This document shows positions 24,770 to 35,143 of a stretch of 64,000 nt of DNA, piece after piece (the stretch's first letter is position 1; every line of letters starts with the position of its first letter). Below the pieces are notes generated by a model that made no database searches, had not been told where the DNA came from, and worked only from the letters and a program-made list of their open reading frames with translations. Both the position numbers and the translations under genes were made by a program. The DNA is from a virus, in IMG/VR virus record IMGVR_UViG_3300032289_001637, positions 1 to 64,000 of that record; one strand, written 5' to 3'.

Positions 24770-25855
24770 CTACTTCCATTTCTTAATCGTATTAATTATA
24801 TGCATTTTTTCTTTATCTGTCAACCACCATCCAACTGGTATATTTAACTGATTTTCATTAAAAAAGTCTAATCCAGGAAGTGGTCCTTCTTTAAATTCCA
24901 AGGTACAAGTATTATGATCATTTCTATGATGAGTAGGACTTGAAACAATTCTATTATCTAGCAAATATTTCATAAAGTTTTCTCTGTTAACATTATTTAA
25001 AATTATTGGGAATATCCAATATGAGCAAGTTTCATCAAATGGTAGTACTGTGATGTGGTCTAATCCAGAAAGTTCATCGCAGAATAGTTTTGCATTCTTT
25101 CTGCTTTCTTTAACTGCATTATTAGCATATTCAATGTTAGCAAGTCCGATAGTCGCACAAACATCGTTCATATGATACTTAAATCCAGCTCTTTTTATAT
25201 CCTGTTTATATCTAAAACTTTCATTACTAGTTCTATCTAATCCAAACCATCTAAGATTTTTTGCTTCACGTTCTGTTTCTACTGGACAAATAATTGCTCC
25301 ACCATCAGAAGTTGTTAAAAACTTAATAGCCTGAAAGCTATAGCAGATATAATCTCCTCTTTCAACATCTTTTGTTTCAAAAGTATCCCAACAATGTGCT
25401 GCATCTTCGATAACTGGAATTCCAAAAGACTTTAATTTTTTGTAGTCTGGAATTCTACCAGCCCAGTTAACTGCAATAATTACTTTTGTTTTTTTTGTAA
25501 TTAATTTTTCAACGCTATCTGGATCAATAAGACCTGTTAAAGAATCTACATCTGCCCATCTAATTTTTGCACCACGATGTATAGCACCTATCTGTGTTGC
25601 AAAGCATGTCATTGGTGTTGATATAATTTCGTCACCTGGATTAACATTGCATAGCTCTACTGCTAAGTTTATTGCACTAGTTCCAGAATTTACTGTGACT
25701 GGCTTAGTCTTAGCAGTATTCAAAGAACGCCATAGAGCATCTTCAAAGAGTTCAACCCTATGACCCTGTGCAACATATCCAGAAGATAATACTGGATCTA
25801 ACATTTTTGTAGCATCTGGAGACATTGTTACTTGAAATAGTTCAATGTTTTTCAT
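24770..25855 (-). CDS. DegT/DnrJ/EryC1/StrS sugar aminotransferase
   Basis: NSGTSA, IEDAAH, SFQAIK (PLP Lys), DGG. Confidence 0.9.
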   Translation of the reverse strand: MKNIELFQVTMSPDATKMLDPVLSSGYVAQGHRVELFEDALWRSLNTAKTKPVTVNSGTSAINLAVELCNVNPGDEIISTPMTCFATQIGAIHRGAKIRWADVDSLTGLIDPDSVEKLITKKTKVIIAVNWAGRIPDYKKLKSFGIPVIEDAAHCWDTFETKDVERGDYICYSFQAIKFLTTSDGGAIICPVETEREAKNLRWFGLDRTSNESFRYKQDIKRAGFKYHMNDVCATIGLANIEYANNAVKESRKNAKLFCDELSGLDHITVLPFDETCSYWIFPIILNNVNRENFMKYLLDNRIVSSPTHHRNDHNTCTLEFKEGPLPGLDFFNENQLNIPVGWWLTDKEKMHIINTIKKWK

Positions 25856-26616
25856 TACGCCTTCCTAAATTTAGCTTTTGCATTAAATAACCATTTGTTT
25901 ATTTTAATCTCACCATTACTATTTGTTTTTGTATAAGTTCTATCTGTAATATTATAGTAGGTTATTCCAGACTGTTTAATATCTGGGGTACTATATACAA
26001 CCTTGAACATATCTTTATCTAAGTTAAACTTATTACATCCTTCTTCAACAAGTTTTTCCATTCTTAAAAACTTTTCAGATTCTGTTTTATTTATCCAGGG
26101 CAAACCAGTTTTATGAGTAATATTCACTGCTGGATTACCACCATATACAGAATTTTCTTCCATGTTTTTTATAACAACAGACCCAAGCATAGCCATTGAT
26201 TTATCTTTTGCAATTATTGGGGAAACAAAACATTCTCCAACAAACCAAACATCATTTCCAATTATTAACTCTGACTCTTTTTCATACAGGCATCCTTCTG
26301 TAACATCCCCATGTCTGATATGAGAGTACAGTCCAGATCCTATTCCTACTCCAAGAAAGTCTCCTGCCCAAAGCTTTCCAGTTCCATCAAGAACCACCCT
26401 CTCTCCAACCCAAGTAGCTTCCCCTAGCCTGACTACTCCACTAGCATTAATAAAACAATTTCTATTAATCTTTGAGTAATCTCCGATAAAAAGATCTCCA
26501 CCCCCAAGGATTTTTACACCCTCACCAATTTCAACATTGTCTCCAATTTCAAATGAATTAAATTCTCCAATGAATTCAACCGAACTATGAATTTTTGTAT
26601 TGTATCCTATTTTCAT
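25855..26616 (-). CDS. Hexapeptide-repeat acyltransferase
   Basis: IGDNVEIGEG, IGNDVW, GGNPA. Confidence 0.8.
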   Translation of the reverse strand: MKIGYNTKIHSSVEFIGEFNSFEIGDNVEIGEGVKILGGGDLFIGDYSKINRNCFINASGVVRLGEATWVGERVVLDGTGKLWAGDFLGVGIGSGLYSHIRHGDVTEGCLYEKESELIIGNDVWFVGECFVSPIIAKDKSMAMLGSVVIKNMEENSVYGGNPAVNITHKTGLPWINKTESEKFLRMEKLVEEGCNKFNLDKDMFKVVYSTPDIKQSGITYYNITDRTYTKTNSNGEIKINKWLFNAKAKFRKA

Positions 26617-27344
26617 AATTCATCTCCTGAACTGTATGGATCTGGTCTGTTTCCAAGTTGCTGTGGATAAATACCTTTATATTGAGCAACACATTCATTT
26701 GCATGACACTTTCCAAAAGCTGCCTCTAGCTGCTGATACAAGTTTGCGTCTAAGGCAACAGTTTGTGGAGATGGAAATTTTATTCCTGCCTCTTTAAAAT
26801 TATTAAGTCTCCAAGAAACCTGGCTTGCGTCTACAGTGTTAGCTGGAGAAATAGAACCTTCTCTATGATTTAACATATTATTAAAATTATCTTCTAATGT
26901 TTCAAAACTAATAAAATCATTTGGATTATAGATAGAAACTTTACCATAAGAGTAAATTGAATTTGGATTATTGTTATAGAAATTAACAAGATTCTTTAAG
27001 TAATCTTTATACAAAGCATCATCATCACAAAGTATAAAAGCTATGTCAGCATCAGACTCTTGCATAGCTTCATTTAACATCTGCCCATGCTTACTTCCAC
27101 CCTGATTTTTCTTTTGTTCTGGAGAGTCTCCTGTTGCATAAAACTTAATTTTTTTTAAATATTTTTTAGAAAAAATTTCTTCAACTATTGGCTTTCCTAA
27201 ATAGTTTATTCCATCATCACAAAAAGCTACCTCCCAATTATGGTAAGACTGCCTTTTTATTGATTCTAAGGCAGTCTTAACCATATTAGGTCGTTCAAAA
27301 TATGCAAGCAATATTAAAACTTTCATATCTTTTTTTTTAGGCAT
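26613..27344 (-). CDS. Glycosyltransferase family 2
   Basis: ALESIKRQSY, CDDG, LCDDD. Confidence 0.8.
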   Translation of the reverse strand: MPKKKDMKVLILLAYFERPNMVKTALESIKRQSYHNWEVAFCDDGINYLGKPIVEEIFSKKYLKKIKFYATGDSPEQKKNQGGSKHGQMLNEAMQESDADIAFILCDDDALYKDYLKNLVNFYNNNPNSIYSYGKVSIYNPNDFISFETLEDNFNNMLNHREGSISPANTVDASQVSWRLNNFKEAGIKFPSPQTVALDANLYQQLEAAFGKCHANECVAQYKGIYPQQLGNRPDPYSSGDEL

Positions 27345-28357
27345 TACAGAGAAAGCCATTCTTCGTGCTTTAAAGTCCACTCTACAGTCTTCTGAATAGA
27401 TTCTTCAAGAGGTATTGGAAGCTTCCAACCAGTCTCAGAGATCTTCTTTCCATCCAGGGCATACCTTAAGTCATGACCTGGACGAGAAGAGTGGAAGTCT
27501 TCTAATTCATACCTCAATGGCTTCCCAACTGCTTTTGCAATCATCTGAGCCATTTCCAAGTTGTCTACTTCTCTTTCACCGACAATGTGAAATTTTGCTG
27601 GTACATTAGATTCTCCATATGCTGGGAAGTGTTGCTTAAGAACATGTAGAAGTCCATCTGCTTGATTACGAGCATGTAGATAAAAACGAGTTCCAATTTC
27701 TCCTTCTGGAGATGCATGTATCTTAACAGTTTCCCCATTAAGAACTTTTTTAATTACCATTGGCATAAACTTTTCTGTGTCTTGAGTTTCTCCAATAATA
27801 TTCATGGTATTAGTAATTGCAAGAGGAACTCCATAAGTCCTCCAGTATGAGAATGCAATGCTTTCTTGTGCTGCCTTTGAAGCGGAGTATGGATTGCTTG
27901 GGAAGAATTGGTCTACCCACTCTTTATGAGCATACCCCTTTGGAGCTGGACCATAAACTTCATCAGTTGAAATATGCAAGAACTTTTCTGGCTTTGCAAC
28001 TCTTGCCCAGTCAAGTAAATTACAAATTAAAGATACATTGTTTAATATAAAAGGAGTTGGCTCTTCTATGCTTCTATCAACATGACTTTCACTAGCTACA
28101 TTTATAACATAGTCAATTTTTCCAAACTGATGTGAAGTTACTGGAGAAATTGGTGCAGTCAAGTCTGTCTTAATAACTTTAATACGACTATAAGCATCTG
28201 GCAAGTCATCACATGCCACGTTTATTCTATCTGTCAAACCTTTATGTGTAAATGTTGTTGGACATACCACAAACCAGTCTGTATTAACTAAAATATGTCT
28301 AAGCACATGGCTACCAACAAATCCACTAGCACCTGTTAAAAGAACTCTTTTACTCAT
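27344..28357 (-). CDS. rfbB: dTDP-glucose 4,6-dehydratase (RmlB-like)
   Basis: TGASGFVG, SESHVDRSI, STDEVYG, PYSASK, RPGHDLRY. Confidence 0.88.
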   Translation of the reverse strand: MSKRVLLTGASGFVGSHVLRHILVNTDWFVVCPTTFTHKGLTDRINVACDDLPDAYSRIKVIKTDLTAPISPVTSHQFGKIDYVINVASESHVDRSIEEPTPFILNNVSLICNLLDWARVAKPEKFLHISTDEVYGPAPKGYAHKEWVDQFFPSNPYSASKAAQESIAFSYWRTYGVPLAITNTMNIIGETQDTEKFMPMVIKKVLNGETVKIHASPEGEIGTRFYLHARNQADGLLHVLKQHFPAYGESNVPAKFHIVGEREVDNLEMAQMIAKAVGKPLRYELEDFHSSRPGHDLRYALDGKKISETGWKLPIPLEESIQKTVEWTLKHEEWLSL

Positions 28358-28372
28358 GTTTTTCCTTTTCTG

Positions 28373-30157
28373 TTAAATTAAATTAAAATTTATGAGATAA
28401 TCTCTAATGTCTTCTGTCATCTCAGGTTTAGATTTTATCACATTATCAATATCTTTGTCAACTTTTGGACGAGATTTGTATGTATGAATTTCTACTTCCT
28501 GAATCTTTTCTCTTCTTGTATGGCTGATTGCATTGTATACAGATCCGCACATAGCATCTGCAAGGTCCTTAGACTTTTTTCTTGGGTGGTCAACTCTATT
28601 ATTATTCATAATTCTAAGCTCTTGCATTTCCTCAAGTAATAAATCTATTTGAGGCAAAACTATTCTTTCTTCATAAATAAGCATGGATAAGTCTTCGTAG
28701 TGTTTTTTAGCTACCGACAAAGTTTCTGTTTTTATTCCTACACTTGTTAAGTCTCTTTGAATATCAAAAGAATTCCATCGGTCAAAAGTTACTAAGCCAA
28801 GATTAAACCCAAGTCTCCTTAGATTAATAATCCAATTTTTTACTTCTGACAAATCTACTGGACCTTCTTTTTTTGGCTCCCAATAAACAATAGCATCAAC
28901 TACAATAAAAGGAACTACTTGCTCATACCCATTAAAAGATTGAAGACTTACCCACTTATCAACATGGCAAATAGAAACTGCACACTTATCATGCTTTTGT
29001 GCCAAGTCAGCATGAACGTAGTATGTAATTTCAGGATCTGGCTGAAAAGAGTGTTCTATTCTTTTTGAAACATCAATTGGATTAATTTTTTTAAATGCCA
29101 TAGATAGCTTTTCTCTATTCTTAAAGAATGCATCTGATGAAGTTGTTGGCATACATGCAAAACGCATTTGTGCATCAGCCATGTCAGTTAAGAATGCTAT
29201 CTTAAAGTCTTCGATATTTCTTGTTGGGTTAATTTCCCAAGTTGGTCTTTTTAATGCAAACACTCCAGGAATTCTGTATGAATTAATAACGTCTTCATCC
29301 CATTCAACAGTAAACTTATTATTTGGATCGTCTTCAGAAAGTAATGGGTTAATAATAAACTCATGTGACCTAAGAAGAGTTTCTTTTTCAGCAATTACAT
29401 CTTCATACCTTGTTGTAATAAAGTCACCCTTAAAACGAGGAAAAGATAGAAGTACTACCTTTCCATAATCTGGAAAACGTGAGTCTACAGATCCACGAAA
29501 TGCTTTATAAATATTGTCAGCAGTTTTAGCTTGATCATTTCCACTTGCAGATTCCATTGCAAAGCCAGAAATCTCATCCAAGATTGCAAGTATAAGGTTT
29601 AAGCCTTCAGCAGATTCTCTTTCAGAGTGTCCAGAATAAACTGTAATTGACTTATCAAATTCTATACTATCAATTTTTGGTGGATCAAACTTTCCTGCAA
29701 ACCAAGGTGATCCAGTAATTTTTGTCTTAAATCCTTTAAAAAAAACATTTTTTGCCTGTTGAGCATTGATAGCAACATTCATAATATCAATAGCATCATT
29801 GGTTGGCTTACCAAAATATCTTGATGGATCTTTTAAACATAATAGTTTATAAACTAAGTATGCACATCCAACTGTTGAAGAAAAGTCTTTTCCGCTACCC
29901 TTACCAAGCTGCATAATTATTTCATTTTTTGTATACTTCTTAAAATGTTCTTTACCTGCCTCTTCACCCATAAATCTAATTAAATCTTTTTCTTTGTAAA
30001 TTTGACTCATACATTCTACTAAAGTATATTGATACTCGGAAAGCGGTGGTTGATTTAAATATTTTTCACCTTCAACAAATGTTTTTGCATCTACTGGAGT
30101 TTCTGCAAATGGAGACTCGTCAAGAGCTTCCATAAACTCACTAATATCAATTGTCAA
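28373..30157 (-). CDS. terL: Terminase large subunit
   Basis: GKGSGKD Walker A, ILDE Walker B, RNase H-like HADLA, FDRWNS, KDLADA. Confidence 0.85.
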   Translation of the reverse strand: MTIDISEFMEALDESPFAETPVDAKTFVEGEKYLNQPPLSEYQYTLVECMSQIYKEKDLIRFMGEEAGKEHFKKYTKNEIIMQLGKGSGKDFSSTVGCAYLVYKLLCLKDPSRYFGKPTNDAIDIMNVAINAQQAKNVFFKGFKTKITGSPWFAGKFDPPKIDSIEFDKSITVYSGHSERESAEGLNLILAILDEISGFAMESASGNDQAKTADNIYKAFRGSVDSRFPDYGKVVLLSFPRFKGDFITTRYEDVIAEKETLLRSHEFIINPLLSEDDPNNKFTVEWDEDVINSYRIPGVFALKRPTWEINPTRNIEDFKIAFLTDMADAQMRFACMPTTSSDAFFKNREKLSMAFKKINPIDVSKRIEHSFQPDPEITYYVHADLAQKHDKCAVSICHVDKWVSLQSFNGYEQVVPFIVVDAIVYWEPKKEGPVDLSEVKNWIINLRRLGFNLGLVTFDRWNSFDIQRDLTSVGIKTETLSVAKKHYEDLSMLIYEERIVLPQIDLLLEEMQELRIMNNNRVDHPRKKSKDLADAMCGSVYNAISHTRREKIQEVEIHTYKSRPKVDKDIDNVIKSKPEMTEDIRDYLINFNLI

Positions 30158-30671
30158 TTACAACTACCCCACCCTCATTAACTTGAGAAAGCTTTGATAA
30201 AACTTTTGGTCTACAAGATTCACATGATGAAGTAACTTCTTTAAGAATACTTATAAGTATTTCTTGCTTTCTTTCTGTTTCTAAAAGTTCATCAGCAAGT
30301 TCCTGATTATCAAGTAACCCTGCTTTTTGTAGCATCTCAAGTCTTTTACCTTCAATATCAGCAATAAGTTTAATAGATGTAGTTTTTGCTGTTAAGTTTG
30401 CAGTAGCATCTGCAGAATCTATAACTTCATATGCTTTTTTAATTAAAGATGAGAAGTGTTGGTCTGCACCAGCAAGGGCTTCTTTTGCACGAGCGTGAAT
30501 TGCCTGATTATTAGCAGCCATCACTCTCCAGTCAGTAAGAAGCTCAGTAACCTTTACTCTAGGAATGTCAAGTATTTTTGAGATCTCTGAAGCATCAGAG
30601 CCTTTTAGATACTCTGAAGCAACCTTGTTAACAAGGTCTAAATGGTTAACTAATGCTGCTTCGCTTGACAC
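30147..30671 (-). CDS. HTH protein, candidate terminase small subunit
   Basis: N-terminal HTH-like segment, helical; overlaps the terL start. Confidence 0.5.
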   Translation of the reverse strand: MSSEAALVNHLDLVNKVASEYLKGSDASEISKILDIPRVKVTELLTDWRVMAANNQAIHARAKEALAGADQHFSSLIKKAYEVIDSADATANLTAKTTSIKLIADIEGKRLEMLQKAGLLDNQELADELLETERKQEILISILKEVTSSCESCRPKVLSKLSQVNEGGVVVIDN

Positions 30672-30933
30672 GTTTACCTCTCTTATTTACTGCCTTTACT
30701 CTGTCAGGATAAAAAGACCTTGTTGGTCCAGAAATATCTTTAAACATTTGAAAGCAATCTATCCATTCTACACCATTTACAGGGTTTTTTACAAGACTTT
30801 TAAACTTAAAAGTAGAACCATGTTCTCCAGTGATCTTTATAAGATCTCCTTCATTTACTTCATGACCGCTTTCAGTTACCATTAAAGATTTTCTCTCAAA
30901 CTTGTCATTGAATATAGTTTTCTTTTTAGCCAC
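30646..30933 (-). CDS. Hypothetical basic protein
   Basis: 95-aa ORF. Confidence 0.65.
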   Translation of the reverse strand: MAKKKTIFNDKFERKSLMVTESGHEVNEGDLIKITGEHGSTFKFKSLVKNPVNGVEWIDCFQMFKDISGPTRSFYPDRVKAVNKRGKRVKRSSIS

Positions 30934-31261
30934 GTTTTTTAGCCTTTTTTAGTAAAAGATAGCCGATTAAATCGTCTTCATCGTTATCACCTGCGTATAA
31001 CTTTTTATTTTTAATTCTATTCAACTTATCATCAATACGAACATTTAACTGCTCCATATCATCTGCATCACTAAAAATACGAATTGGATTAAGAGCAGAG
31101 TTACCATAGGCTACATTCTTTTCTAAAAGCATTTCTGTAATGTCTAAGCAAGCAGCAAGAATGCTGTACCCAGCTGGTGCGGTTTTAGAAAGTTCAAAAA
31201 TCTTTTTAATCTTTTCTTCGTTCTTATTTACATAAAATACTTCTGACGGATATTCAGCCAT
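30926..31261 (-). CDS. DUF1599/nucleotide-modification-associated domain 1-like protein
   Basis: KN.AYG, RIDDKL.RI, DLIGY motifs. Confidence 0.65.
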   Translation of the reverse strand: MAEYPSEVFYVNKNEEKIKKIFELSKTAPAGYSILAACLDITEMLLEKNVAYGNSALNPIRIFSDADDMEQLNVRIDDKLNRIKNKKLYAGDNDEDDLIGYLLLKKAKKRG

Positions 31262-31413
31262 TATTTTCTCCTGCTTTTTCTTAATCCAAATTTACCAAGA
31301 TATACATAAACAGTCTCAACTGAAACACCACATTCTTTTGCAATATCTTCTGGAGATTTTTTATCCACTAAAAATCTTTTTCTTAGCCAATTTTCATTCG
31401 TGTACATTTTCAT
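31261..31413 (-). CDS. Small HTH DNA-binding protein (50 aa, leaderless, not in ORF track)
   Basis: SPEDIAKECGVSVETVYVYL; TATAAT-6 nt-ATG. Confidence 0.7.
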   Translation of the reverse strand: MKMYTNENWLRKRFLVDKKSPEDIAKECGVSVETVYVYLGKFGLRKSRRK

Positions 31414-31429
31414 AGTATCATTATATCCT

Positions 31430-32023
31430 TTATAAGTCAAGCTTAGTTATCTTATTCCAGTTATTTGTTGCATACCATCCAATAGCAATTGCATCTGCAA
31501 CATCATTATCATTTACATCGGTCATAAATTCTATGTTAACAAGTCTAATAGTTCTATTCTTTCTAAACTCTCTTTCCTTGCCTTTGTACCAAGAGTCTGA
31601 CTTTCCAGGAGTTTGTTTTCTTAATTCAACCTTCTCTTCTTTTGTTAAAACCTTATTTCCAATCCAGTTCTGCCAAGCAACTGGTACGCAAGGGTAGATA
31701 TCTTTTACGCCATTAATATATGCTGCACTAACAATAGCCCCTTGTGCAAGGGCTAACTGCATTGATGTTTTTGGAGAGTTTGCAAAAATAGTATTTTCAA
31801 TTACAACTGCATCAAAATCAAAGTCTTTAAACAATGGAGTAAGTTTTTTACAAGCATCTCCAGCTTTTTTATAATGATCATTTCCAGTAAAATTAATCTT
31901 TCCAAATTTTATTAACTCATTATTTTCAAATATTGCAAAGGCAGCTGAAGTAGAAGAAGCATCTATTGAGATAAATCTTTTTGGCTTTCCAATATCTTTC
32001 CAACTACTTTTGCTCATAATCAA
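31430..32023 (-). CDS. RuvC-like Holliday junction resolvase
   Basis: ISIDAS, VVIE, D.ADAIAIG. Confidence 0.8.
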   Translation of the reverse strand: MIMSKSSWKDIGKPKRFISIDASSTSAAFAIFENNELIKFGKINFTGNDHYKKAGDACKKLTPLFKDFDFDAVVIENTIFANSPKTSMQLALAQGAIVSAAYINGVKDIYPCVPVAWQNWIGNKVLTKEEKVELRKQTPGKSDSWYKGKEREFRKNRTIRLVNIEFMTDVNDNDVADAIAIGWYATNNWNKITKLDL

Positions 32024-32297
32024 AAAATCCTTTTATGTCTTTTAAAGTTTGATCAAGTTTTCTTTTACTCATCATACATCCATTACAAAAACCAATATCG
32101 TTATAAATGCTAATTTCTATACCACACCCACCAGAACATTTTCTAGACTTAGTAGCACGAGACTTAACCTTTGAAACCTTGTATCTTTGCATAATCTTTT
32201 CCTTTGTAGCAGTAGACCTGCAATCAGGTGAGCAATATATTTGATTTTTATTATTGCTTTGAAATTGATTATCACATAGTTTACAAAATTTACTCAA
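32004..32297 (-). CDS. Cys-rich Zn-binding protein
   Basis: CxxC..YCS..C and C..GC..C..C. Confidence 0.65.
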   Translation of the reverse strand: MSKFCKLCDNQFQSNNKNQIYCSPDCRSTATKEKIMQRYKVSKVKSRATKSRKCSGGCGIEISIYNDIGFCNGCMMSKRKLDQTLKDIKGFFDYEQK

Positions 32298-33069
32298 GGT
32301 CTTTCCTTGGTGCTATTTTAATATCACCCTTTGGCTTAGTGCGACATACTGTTTCGAAATCACAACCTTTACAAACCTTTGAGTTTGAACGGTAAGGATT
32401 TTCAGGCAAAAGACCATCGTCATATGCTTTCTTTACTTCTCGCATCCAATCAAAAAAGTAGTTAATAAAGTTTTTATAATGGTCAGTTAGTTTAACTGGA
32501 AACAAAGAAAGTTCATGACTATTCTTTGATTCATAAACTAAGAATGCAAAACTCTTTTTAAGAATTTTCATGTAAATAAGAAGCTGTTCAACATGATACT
32601 TTCTAGCTTCCCCCTTTACATTTAAGTAATGAAAAGAATCTTCATTAAGTGTTTTAATTTCAGTAAGAATATCCATTTCATTCCACTTAATAATTGCATC
32701 AGTTCTTCCAGAAATTGGAGGATCTTCGTAAGACAAACGCTCCTCATTAGTTACAAGAATACCAGCAGACTCCATAGCTTTTTCAATACGACCATGACGA
32801 TCAGTACCACTATCCATATTGGCTACCGAATACCAATCTGTTTTTACATCTGATTCATTTCCTTCAAACCATAAGTACCAAAATCTAGGACACTTACCTG
32901 CACCATAAGTTAATGTTGATGGAGTAAAACTATCTCTTTTCTTAAAGGATGCTTTTCTTTGTAAAGCATATCCTTCTTTAATCTTGTCAACAATTGCCTG
33001 ACTATCAATTAAATTTTCTTCACTCTTCTTTGGTTTTTCAACCAACTTATTAATAAGGCTTTTAGCCAT
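32290..33069 (-). CDS. Cas4-like PD-(D/E)xK exonuclease
   Basis: CPR, G..RH, D..EIKT, Q...Y, CxxC.....C. Confidence 0.8.
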   Translation of the reverse strand: MAKSLINKLVEKPKKSEENLIDSQAIVDKIKEGYALQRKASFKKRDSFTPSTLTYGAGKCPRFWYLWFEGNESDVKTDWYSVANMDSGTDRHGRIEKAMESAGILVTNEERLSYEDPPISGRTDAIIKWNEMDILTEIKTLNEDSFHYLNVKGEARKYHVEQLLIYMKILKKSFAFLVYESKNSHELSLFPVKLTDHYKNFINYFFDWMREVKKAYDDGLLPENPYRSNSKVCKGCDFETVCRTKPKGDIKIAPRKDLE

Positions 33070-33379
33070 TGTTAATCCTAACTGCATATTTCAATGCATC
33101 TACTAGTCTATCCGTTGCTTCTTTAGCTGAATAGTATATATTCTTCTTTGCTCTTTCATCTTTCTTAACATTAGTATACCAGGAAGCAAGCATTGCAAAT
33201 TTAGCAGAATACGCTTGTAGCTTTACAATTAGTTCAACACCAACGGCTGCAGGAACATCTGGTTTAGAAATTAACTTAGCAACCAAAACCAAAGTCTGTG
33301 TGAGTTCATCATCCTGCATATGCTCAGATATTTCATTAAAACCATTTACTTGATTTAATAGTTCAATCGTTGTTTCCAT
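33062..33379 (-). CDS. Hypothetical protein
   Basis: 105-aa helical ORF. Confidence 0.7.
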   Translation of the reverse strand: METTIELLNQVNGFNEISEHMQDDELTQTLVLVAKLISKPDVPAAVGVELIVKLQAYSAKFAMLASWYTNVKKDERAKKNIYYSAKEATDRLVDALKYAVRINNG

Positions 33380-33662
33380 TATTCCTCAATTCTTCAAACA
33401 CTTCCCATTCAATAACAGCAAGTCTAACTTTTTTATTTCCTTCACCGATAACAAGCATCAATGCTGGATTCTTAGATCTATCAACCTTTAAAGTGTCTGT
33501 AACAATTTTTGCCCAGTTGTCTTGACTTATAGAGAATGATTTGCTATATTCTTTCACATCAACAACAAATTCATCATCACTTCCATCAGCTTTTACTGCA
33601 CCTCTACCAGAATTTTTATGAGCTTTTAAACCTGCTTTTTTAAGCTCTGCACGTTCGCTCAT
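33363..33662 (-). CDS. Hjc-like PD-(D/E)xK resolvase/nuclease
   Basis: E, SGRG..KAD, DVKE. Confidence 0.65.
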   Translation of the reverse strand: MSERAELKKAGLKAHKNSGRGAVKADGSDDEFVVDVKEYSKSFSISQDNWAKIVTDTLKVDRSKNPALMLVIGEGNKKVRLAVIEWEVFEELRNNGNND

Positions 33663-33817
33663 GATGATCCTCTTGTTAAAATAACTTGAGACATATGTCT
33701 ATTTGAACAAAGCCAAGTTAGCTTCATATCTTCCCTATAAAATCTTGCAATCAAAACTAATTGCTTACATGAATGGCAAGAGAATTTTCCTCTGTACTCA
33801 GAAAAGTTTTTATACAT
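33659..33817 (-). CDS. Small Zn-binding protein (52 aa, not in ORF track)
   Basis: CHSC...WLC...H; overlaps neighbours on both sides. Confidence 0.6.
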   Translation of the reverse strand: MYKNFSEYRGKFSCHSCKQLVLIARFYREDMKLTWLCSNRHMSQVILTRGSS

Positions 33818-34823
33818 CTAATTTTGCTTCTAAGTCTAAGACTCTTTTAGGATCTTCTTTTAACCAATCAATAACTTTTGCTCTACCCTGCAATCGCTCT
33901 TCTCCTATGGTATACCAGGCTCCACCCTTTTGTATAGCACCAACAAGTTCTGCGGTATCAACTAAGTCTGCAACCCTGTCTACACCCATAGATCCATCTC
34001 CATCGAAGTAGAAGTCGTAAGAACCTGCAACGAATGCTGGACCAGTCTTATTAAAATCAACGTGCCAGTTAACTACACGACCAATCTTAGACTCAATAAT
34101 CTTATCTCCTGAAACTATCTTACCCTTAATTGCCTGATTGTCAGACTCACTTGACCAAAGTTTAACAATGGTACTACTAAAGAATTTAACAGCATGTCCA
34201 CCAGTTGGTTGATGGGATGCAAACATTGCACCAATATTATTTCTTTGTTGAGAAATTAAAACAAGCAATGTTGGCTTATCATTATTATTTGCATAGTTAA
34301 GCATCTTTACTGCATTAGTCATGTCTCTTGCCTCTGCACCAATTTGTTTAGTATTTTCTAACTGCTTTAATTCTTCTGAATCTTTTTCAAAGTAAATAGC
34401 AGGAAGGAGTGCAGAGATAGAATCAACAATTAAAATATCTACGCCAGCTTTCATTAGCTGAACTCCAACGTCTACCATTTCATTTATACTTCTAGCATTT
34501 GAATAAATTAGTTGTTCTACATCTACCCCAAGTTTTCTTGCCCACTCTGGATCAAAAGATGCTTCTGCATCAATCCAAGCACATATCTTTCCATCTTTTT
34601 GAGCATCAGCAATCATTTGTAAACAAAATGAAGATTTTCCTGCAGATTTATTTCCCCAAATAAGGACTTGACGACCATAACCAAACCCACCTTTTAGTGC
34701 ATTGTTCAAACTAATGCTTGGAGTTTTTTGCTTAGTTATTTCAATAGTGTTTCCACTAGTTATTTTCTTACGCAACTTTGGATCTAATTGAGACAAAAAC
34801 TCATCAAGGTCTATTTTACTCAT
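33810..34823 (-). CDS. recA: RecA-like recombinase
   Basis: GNKSAGKS, WIDAE, IVDSI, TGG.A.KF, GAWY. Confidence 0.9.
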   Translation of the reverse strand: MSKIDLDEFLSQLDPKLRKKITSGNTIEITKQKTPSISLNNALKGGFGYGRQVLIWGNKSAGKSSFCLQMIADAQKDGKICAWIDAEASFDPEWARKLGVDVEQLIYSNARSINEMVDVGVQLMKAGVDILIVDSISALLPAIYFEKDSEELKQLENTKQIGAEARDMTNAVKMLNYANNNDKPTLLVLISQQRNNIGAMFASHQPTGGHAVKFFSSTIVKLWSSESDNQAIKGKIVSGDKIIESKIGRVVNWHVDFNKTGPAFVAGSYDFYFDGDGSMGVDRVADLVDTAELVGAIQKGGAWYTIGEERLQGRAKVIDWLKEDPKRVLDLEAKLDV

Positions 34824-35143
34824 GCTAGTAGCCCATGCATATTTGGTCGTTCTAAATTATATTGAGCTTTGTCCAACAAGTTTTCTTGCAATGATTCTTT
34901 TGTATATTCATCTTCTACAAGACCTGCATACAAATCTAGAGTTCTAATAATAATATCCGCCAACTCTCTAACAACAGCACGATCACCTTCGCTCTTACGA
35001 AGAGCCTCTGCTACCTCTGCCACTTCAGTTGTTATCATCATTAGCTGTTTAAGATAAAAGATTATCCCATTGTTGTCATCCCAAAATCCTTTTTGCTTTG
35101 CAGTTTTGTGCAAACTACTTGCTAATTCATCTATGTCAATCAT
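34820..35143 (-). CDS. MazG-like nucleotide pyrophosphohydrolase
   Basis: EVAEVAEALRK...ELADIIIR. Confidence 0.8.
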   Translation of the reverse strand: MIDIDELASSLHKTAKQKGFWDDNNGIIFYLKQLMMITTEVAEVAEALRKSEGDRAVVRELADIIIRTLDLYAGLVEDEYTKESLQENLLDKAQYNLERPNMHGLLA

